DNA of 64,000 nucleotides from an uncultured Gemmatimonadaceae bacterium (GTDB lineage Bacteria; Gemmatimonadota; Gemmatimonadetes; Gemmatimonadales; Gemmatimonadaceae): NCBI GenBank assembly GCA_963740355.1, contig CAVUDW010000002.1, positions 1,600,001 to 1,664,000 of the forward strand, read 5' to 3'. Shown piece by piece: positions 58,975 to 64,000 of this stretch (position 1 is its first letter; each line of letters starts with the position of its first letter). The notes under the pieces were generated by a model. It saw only the letters and a program-made list of their open reading frames with translations, ran no database searches and was not told where the DNA came from. The position numbers and the translations under genes were made by a program.

Positions 58975-59820
58975 ATGCCACGCCGAAAAGTGGAGTTCCG
59001 CACGACCACGGCTCGTAGGGGCTGGATCGGCATGGTGAGCCTCGTCCTGACGGTTGCCGGCTGCAGCAGCGACGGCGACTACCCTCGCGGTTGGGCCCCG
59101 CTGCGGACGCCAGCGACGGTGTCGGGCGTCTCGGGGACCGACCCGGTTGGGCGGGACTGTCCAGATCTGGCTGGACTCTACCGAATCAACGACTCGATCA
59201 TTTTCCGACACCTGATCGCGCGGCGGCTGACTCGCGAGCAACGCGAGATCTCGTGGTTCCGCGTGGCGATCGGAAGCCGCACGGACGACTCACTTCGCGC
59301 GATCGTCGCACGCAACGATCTGCGAGACACCGTCTGGCTCAGGTTCGGACAGGACTTCAACTGCAGCGGCGGTTGGCTGACGGGGGCGTGGCCGGAGTAT
59401 CTGCTGCGAATGCGGCCGAACGACGAGACGGATGACTCGCGCGGCTACCAAAGCCGACTCGACATTTCGCGCGATACCGAGGGCCGGCTGATCGGACGCA
59501 TGACGACGGTGTCGTACAAGCAGGTCGCCGTCTGGTGTGGCGACGGGTGCAGGTACGGGAGGATGCCGTTCACCAGCAAGAAGTCCGTGCGCTGGTTCCG
59601 GATGTCGACCGACCGACTTGCGGATGCCGACAACGGCGAGGAGATGCTCAACCCGACGACCGCAGCGCAGCTGGCGCGAGAGGAAGCGGCGCTGGAAGCC
59701 GGAACGCCGCCACCGATCGATTCCCGTGGAAGTGCAGCACAGATGCGCGTGCGTGCTCTCGAGGCCAAGGCCATGGAACAGGTTCGCCGGGCCGAGAGCG
59801 GCGAGCCCCCGCCTCGCTGA
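58975..59820 (+). CDS. Hypothetical lipoprotein
   Basis: LVLTVAGC lipobox; CPDLAGLY motif; four further Cys in the mature part. Confidence 0.65.
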   Translation: MPRRKVEFRTTTARRGWIGMVSLVLTVAGCSSDGDYPRGWAPLRTPATVSGVSGTDPVGRDCPDLAGLYRINDSIIFRHLIARRLTREQREISWFRVAIGSRTDDSLRAIVARNDLRDTVWLRFGQDFNCSGGWLTGAWPEYLLRMRPNDETDDSRGYQSRLDISRDTEGRLIGRMTTVSYKQVAVWCGDGCRYGRMPFTSKKSVRWFRMSTDRLADADNGEEMLNPTTAAQLAREEAALEAGTPPPIDSRGSAAQMRVRALEAKAMEQVRRAESGEPPPR

Positions 59821-60041
59821 GCGCGCGCGTCTCGAGCGGGATCGGGAAATCGCAGGGCAGTGTCGCCACCGTTTCGCCCGAGCCGCACACCGAGACGGTT
59901 CGTCGCCGTGGCGCCGACGCGAGCCGCCTCCTATGCTCAGGTCACCCTGTTCGGGCTTCGCTCACGCACGAACGGTTGGCTCACGCATCGATTGCCGCCG
60001 GCCGACGATCGGCGCCTATGGATCGGAGGGAGGAGGCACGC

Positions 60042-61317
60042 ATGTCCCACCCGCGTTGGCGTCGCCATCCCATCGCGCTCGCGCTACTGGTAGGGCTCGT
60101 GGCTTGCACGGAGCCCGAACGCGCCCGTTCCTCTCCCGACCATCGCCATCGCCGTCACCCGCGGGGCCGACTGGTTCGCTTATCGCAATGATGGCGGCAA
60201 CTGGACGCCCCTCGCCGCTGGGCCGGGCGGCCGCTACGAGTTCCTCGCCACGCCGAAGGTGGCGATCGCGTGGGCCATCAACCGCGCGGCGGTCGTGCCA
60301 AGCCTTAGCGTTGAGTACCAGACCGCGGAATCGTTCCTCAATGAAGCCGCACACGCCGGACCGCCGGCGCCGCAATACACCGGCGTCGCGAGCGGCACGG
60401 TTCGCAGCATCCCGATGGGCCCCTTCTACGCCGCGCTCGGCCACGGCCCGGGTCGCGAGCATGTCACTGGTGCCTCCGCGACGACTCCCGCGTTCTCCCT
60501 TCTGACGTGGGCGATACCGATGGACCTCGTGGCGACGATGATCTCAGTCGCCGACTCCACTCGCGAAATCGCGACGGGTGTTCGCGCGATCCTACGTCGT
60601 GATCAACAGCTGTCTCCAGGGAATACGATCGCCGTGGATTTCTCCGACGCCGAAGCCTTCCCACTCGGCAGCGCCACGTTCTCGTGGACCGGCCCGGAAC
60701 TCGGTGTGGCGGTGGAGTTCATTTCGGCGACCGGCTCACGTGCGCTTCTCAGCCGCGTGCAGGAAACCGTCTCGGATAAGGCGCTCATTGCACGCTCACG
60801 CGTCGTCACGCGCATCCCAACGGAACGGCTCGTGGCTGGCGACCTGCATGAGGTGTCATTCGGTGATGGCACGCGACGAGTGACTCGCTGGACGCACGCG
60901 CTGAACGACGCGACGCTCGACCTCGGGCCAACGATCACGCCCCCCGCGGTCACTGTGGCATCGTCGGGGCCAGCCGTCCGTCCGCGCTTCCTGATCCCGG
61001 CGCAGGTGTCGTACGGCGACTTCGCGAGTGCGAGCGCTGAGCAGCGGGGGATCGTCCCCGGTTCGGCGTTCGTCGGCACGCTGCGCCGTGTCTCGGTGCT
61101 CGTCACGAAGGGCTATCTGGGCGCGATACCAGACCGGTGGACCCTCGAGGTGCCTGACCTGAGCAACGTGGCCGGATTCCCGTCCTCGGTGCTGCTTGCG
61201 CCCGGTGGGTTTTCGTGGACCGCGTCGGCGTTCGGCTGCAACTGCGCGCAGCGCGCCGACTCGGTCTTCGACGGCAAGGTCGAACGGCGGTGGGTAGTCA
61301 CCGACACGGTGAGGTAG
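60042..61317 (+). pseudogene. Hypothetical lipoprotein with a +1 frameshift near 60115 (pseudogene or sequencing error)
   Basis: AGGAGG RBS, MSHPRWRRHPIALALLVGLVAC lipobox; removing one C from GAGCCCGAAC joins it to PNAPVP..DWFAYRNDGGNW and the 60259-61317 ORF. Confidence 0.72.
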
Positions 61318-61326
61318 TGGCGCGGA

Positions 61327-61467
61327 CAATCCGGTGACAGGACAATCCGGTGACAGTGCGCTCATTTCGCTGGCATCACAACTCGGGACTGTGTGCGCTG
61401 TCACCAGAATTCCTGGGATTGCGTGCACTGTCACCGGATTTCGACGGGAATCTGTGCACTGTCACCG
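61327..61467. repeat. REPIN-like cluster 7 (degenerate)
   Basis: Two forward CAATCCGGTGACAG copies followed by three reverse GTGC(A/G)CTGTCACC copies. Confidence 0.85.
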
Positions 61468-61478
61468 CAAGTCGCGAC

Positions 61479-61943
61479 TCAGATCTCGACGCCCGGGAGG
61501 CCGGACGCACGCAGCAGGAGCGAGAGTTGACCGGCGTGTGGCAGGTCGTGATCGAGCAGGCCCCAGATGACCTGGATGTCTGGCCCCTCGTTAGCGTCGG
61601 TAATCTCGTCCATGGCTGAGCCACGCATCAGACACTCGACGATCTTTGCCCAGGTCAGGTCCAACCCTCGCACGATCTCTGCCGCCGTGCGTGGAGGGTC
61701 GCCAGCGTGATCCCAGCTGAGCAAGGGCACGAGCGCGTCAGCCTCCTGGCCGAGCGCGCGGTGCGTGTGGAGCGCGCGTCCGAACACGATGTGTTCTGCG
61801 ATCTCGCCAACGGAGCGCCGGCCCGGGAGTGGGCGTTGGCGCAGCTGTGCCTCAGTCAGCGGCTCGATGGCTCGAACAAGGGCGTTCTGGTAGTCGAGCC
61901 AGGAGGCAAAGGCGCGCGCTTCGGCGATGGCGGCACGGATCAT
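61479..61943 (-). CDS. DinB family protein
   Basis: RSVGEIAEHI ... LLDHDLPHAGQL His triad. Confidence 0.85.
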   Translation of the reverse strand: MIRAAIAEARAFASWLDYQNALVRAIEPLTEAQLRQRPLPGRRSVGEIAEHIVFGRALHTHRALGQEADALVPLLSWDHAGDPPRTAAEIVRGLDLTWAKIVECLMRGSAMDEITDANEGPDIQVIWGLLDHDLPHAGQLSLLLRASGLPGVEI

Positions 61944-62280
61944 GGGGCGGAAGCTATCACGGTGTCCGCGCGCTCAAAGCGCTCGAGCTGCCGTCGAAAT
62001 AGCGCGCACCACTGCCGGGTGGTGGCTCGCGCATACCCCGACGAGGGCGGGGTAGAGCAGCCCACCTGCGACACTGCGGTTCAGCAACGTGAGCCATCGC
62101 CTGTCGAAGTGATGACATATCACGAAACCGCATCTGGCGTACTCCGCGTCCAAAGGCCGTCTGGCGTACCCAGCATTTCTGCGTTTATCTCTTGGTAGCA
62201 CTTTATCACTCCAAGTCACCGCTACCCGCCCGCCGTTCATGCCAATTTCGCAGATGCCGCGCCTGATCTCACAACGCGCA

Positions 62281-63723
62281 ATGAGGCTTTCACTCGCGGC
62301 GGAACCTGCTCGACGTGGCCATCGAATTGGCGCGGCTCGCCTGCGGCGTGTCCTGGTCGCCGCATCGACGCTCCTGCTGGGATGTAGCGGAGGCTCCGGT
62401 GGTGAGGTCACGCCGCCACCACTGACCGATACCTCGGCGCCCACCGTCACCATGACGACGCCGGCGAGTGGTGCGGTGGGTATCGCGGTGGACGCGGTGC
62501 TGACGGCATCATTTTCCGAGCCGGTCAATACCACGACGCTGAACACATCGAGCGTAACCGTTGCCGGCAGCGGAAGCGCAGCGCCCGTGACCGGAACCGT
62601 CACGGTCACTGGGACCACCGCGACGTTTACGCCGGCGGCGCCGTTGAGCCCTTCGACCACATACACGGTCACGATTTCCACGGCGGTGAAGGACGTGGCC
62701 GGGAATGCTCTGGCGTCGACCTATGTCTGGAGTTTTACCACCGCAGCACCGCCGGACGTGACGGCGCCGACGATCGTCAGCAGGACCCCATCACCCGAAG
62801 CGACGCAGGTCGCCTTGAGCGTGAAGCCGTCGGTCACCTTCTCGGAGCCGATGCGCAGCGCGACACTCAGCACCGCAACCATCACACTGACGAATGCCGG
62901 CACAGGCACTCCCGTCCCGGGAACGATCAGTGTGAGCGGCGATACGGCGACGTTCGTTCCGACGGCCGCCCTCGAGCCGACCACGCAGTACACGATGCGG
63001 GTCCTGACTGGCGTGCAGGATCTCGCGGGTAATGCATTGAACGCCCCGGCGACCTGGGCATTCAGAACGCTGACTCCAGCATCCGTGGACTACCAGTATC
63101 CGGCGAACGGCGCGATCGGTGTCCCGCAGGACATCGCAGTGACGGCGGGATTCTCTGAGGCGATCGATCCAGCCACACTCACGCCATCGACCTTCATGAT
63201 CTCGGGGCCGGGCGGCGGCGCAGTGTCAGGGATCGTGGTCGTGAATGTCACGAACAATGCCGCAATCTTCTACCCGGATTCGCGCCTGGCGGCGAACACC
63301 CAGTACACCGTCACTGTGAAGTCCACTGTGCGTACCGCCACCGGGAACGCGCTCGGACAGGACTTCACGTGGACGCTGACGACGGAAACCACGGCACCAG
63401 ACAATACGCCGCCTGAAGTATCCTTCACCTCACCACAAGATGGAAACTCGGGTATCGATATCGCGACCAGCATCACCGTGTTGATGACGGAGCGGATGTC
63501 GAATCCCACGATCAATACCGCAAGCGTGACGATAGCGCCTGCGAGTGGCGGTACTCCGCTTCCCGCGGCGATTGCGCTGTTCGGCCTCCGCTTCGTGGTC
63601 ACGCCGTCTTCGCCACTGCTCCCGAATACGCGATACACGGTGTCGATTTCCACGGACGTCAAGGATGTCGCAGGCAACGCGTTAGCCGCTGCCTACCGTT
63701 GGTCATTTACCACGGCGCCGTAG
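62281..63723 (+). CDS. Lipoprotein with four SbsA/Big_5 Ig-like repeats
   Basis: Lipobox LLGC; repeats of DT.APTV..P..GA..V..FSE..TFTP..L..T.YTV..VKDVAGNAL..WSFTT; start codon uncertain (62239 or 62281). Confidence 0.9.
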   Translation: MRLSLAAEPARRGHRIGAARLRRVLVAASTLLLGCSGGSGGEVTPPPLTDTSAPTVTMTTPASGAVGIAVDAVLTASFSEPVNTTTLNTSSVTVAGSGSAAPVTGTVTVTGTTATFTPAAPLSPSTTYTVTISTAVKDVAGNALASTYVWSFTTAAPPDVTAPTIVSRTPSPEATQVALSVKPSVTFSEPMRSATLSTATITLTNAGTGTPVPGTISVSGDTATFVPTAALEPTTQYTMRVLTGVQDLAGNALNAPATWAFRTLTPASVDYQYPANGAIGVPQDIAVTAGFSEAIDPATLTPSTFMISGPGGGAVSGIVVVNVTNNAAIFYPDSRLAANTQYTVTVKSTVRTATGNALGQDFTWTLTTETTAPDNTPPEVSFTSPQDGNSGIDIATSITVLMTERMSNPTINTASVTIAPASGGTPLPAAIALFGLRFVVTPSSPLLPNTRYTVSISTDVKDVAGNALAAAYRWSFTTAP

Positions 63724-64000
63724 CGACCGAGAAATTCTCGCGGATTGCACCGGCAGTCTGGTAACTGACACTTGGTTGACAGGCGCTGCGCGTGAGGGTG
63801 CAGTTGACATCTCGGTAGCTCACGTGCCGGCGACCGTGCACTGGACATATCATGTGCGCATCACTGGCATGGAGCGCGCCGTCAGCGGAATGGCCCCAGT
63901 CCTGTTCCACGGTCGCCGGGGTACTCGACTCACGATTCAGAAGAAGCGATCCGCCACCAACTTCGAAAACCCCTGCCACCAGACCGTGTGCCCCTGGCCC

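Noticed and set aside
63724..64000. Coding potential at the right edge (ORF 63707-63979) and left edge (1-177)
   Set aside because: No recognisable motifs and truncated context

Overview
High-GC bacterial DNA with about 45 CDSs. The gene content (many lipoproteins with Ig-like domains, Hanks-type Ser/Thr kinases, an FHA protein, carboxypeptidase-regulatory-domain proteins, TonB/FecR/ECF signalling) resembles Gemmatimonadota; this is inference only. No rRNA, tRNA, CRISPR array or transposase was recognised. The most unusual locus is a tightly packed minus-strand three-gene unit at 34616-38006. It encodes a 192-aa candidate precursor/substrate with two S/T-Pro-rich cassettes and a single Cys, a stand-alone HopA1/LanY-like candidate phospho-lyase, and an RRE-like + Ser/Thr kinase + LanC-like protein whose LanC-like part has no Cys and lacks the zinc-ligand motifs. 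This looks like a split, apparently cyclase-dead relative of lanthipeptide systems. A cupin, a serine hydrolase and an S9 peptidase lie next to it. Second, a REPIN-like palindrome family (core AATCCGGTGACAGTGCAC) forms seven intergenic clusters between 30.3 and 61.5 kb, with compensatory changes between copies. Also present: a TetR/aldo-keto reductase pair with visible operators, a PhoX-like + imelysin-like/diheme peroxidase pair, an FHA-lytic transglycosylase fusion, an AAC(2')-like acetyltransferase, an RND pump, a three-gene phosphorelay, and two genes broken by 1-nt indels in short homopolymers (possible sequencing errors). All domain calls come from motif recognition by eye, not database searches.
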